20,075 nucleotides of DNA from Octopus sinensis (Eukaryota): NCBI RefSeq assembly GCF_006345805.1, contig NW_021824056.1, positions 1 to 20,075 on the forward strand, written 5' to 3'. A program made the position numbers and the translations under genes. The stretch's first letter is position 1, and every line of letters starts with the position of its first letter. The notes below the pieces were generated by a model, which had not been told where the DNA came from, made no database searches, and saw nothing but the letters and a program-made list of their open reading frames with translations. Positions 20,043 to 20,075 of the stretch are shown here, in pieces.

Positions 20043-20075
20043 CACACACATGTATATATATATATATATATATAT

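Overview
AT-rich animal DNA. The SINE families suggest a coleoid cephalopod, probably Octopus (inference from recall, not a search). The window lies inside a minus-strand adhesion GPCR gene that the ORF track largely misses. Five spliced exons can be read by hand (GAIN, GPS with intact HL|T site, TM1, TM2, TM3-TM4), and their splice phases join correctly. The introns hold a 76-bp tandem array, a decayed ~5 kb L1/Tx1-clade LINE, two R4/Dong-clade RLE retrotransposon copies chained through (TAA)n runs, several tRNA-derived SINEs and microsatellites. The most striking signal is a minimal type I hammerhead ribozyme motif with a complete catalytic core (14364-14409, minus strand), sense to the host pre-mRNA. 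Also notable are serial insertions into TAA runs beside a SINE tail, a TSD-bounded SINE dimer, an inverted SINE pair, and compensating indels confined to the TM3 exon.
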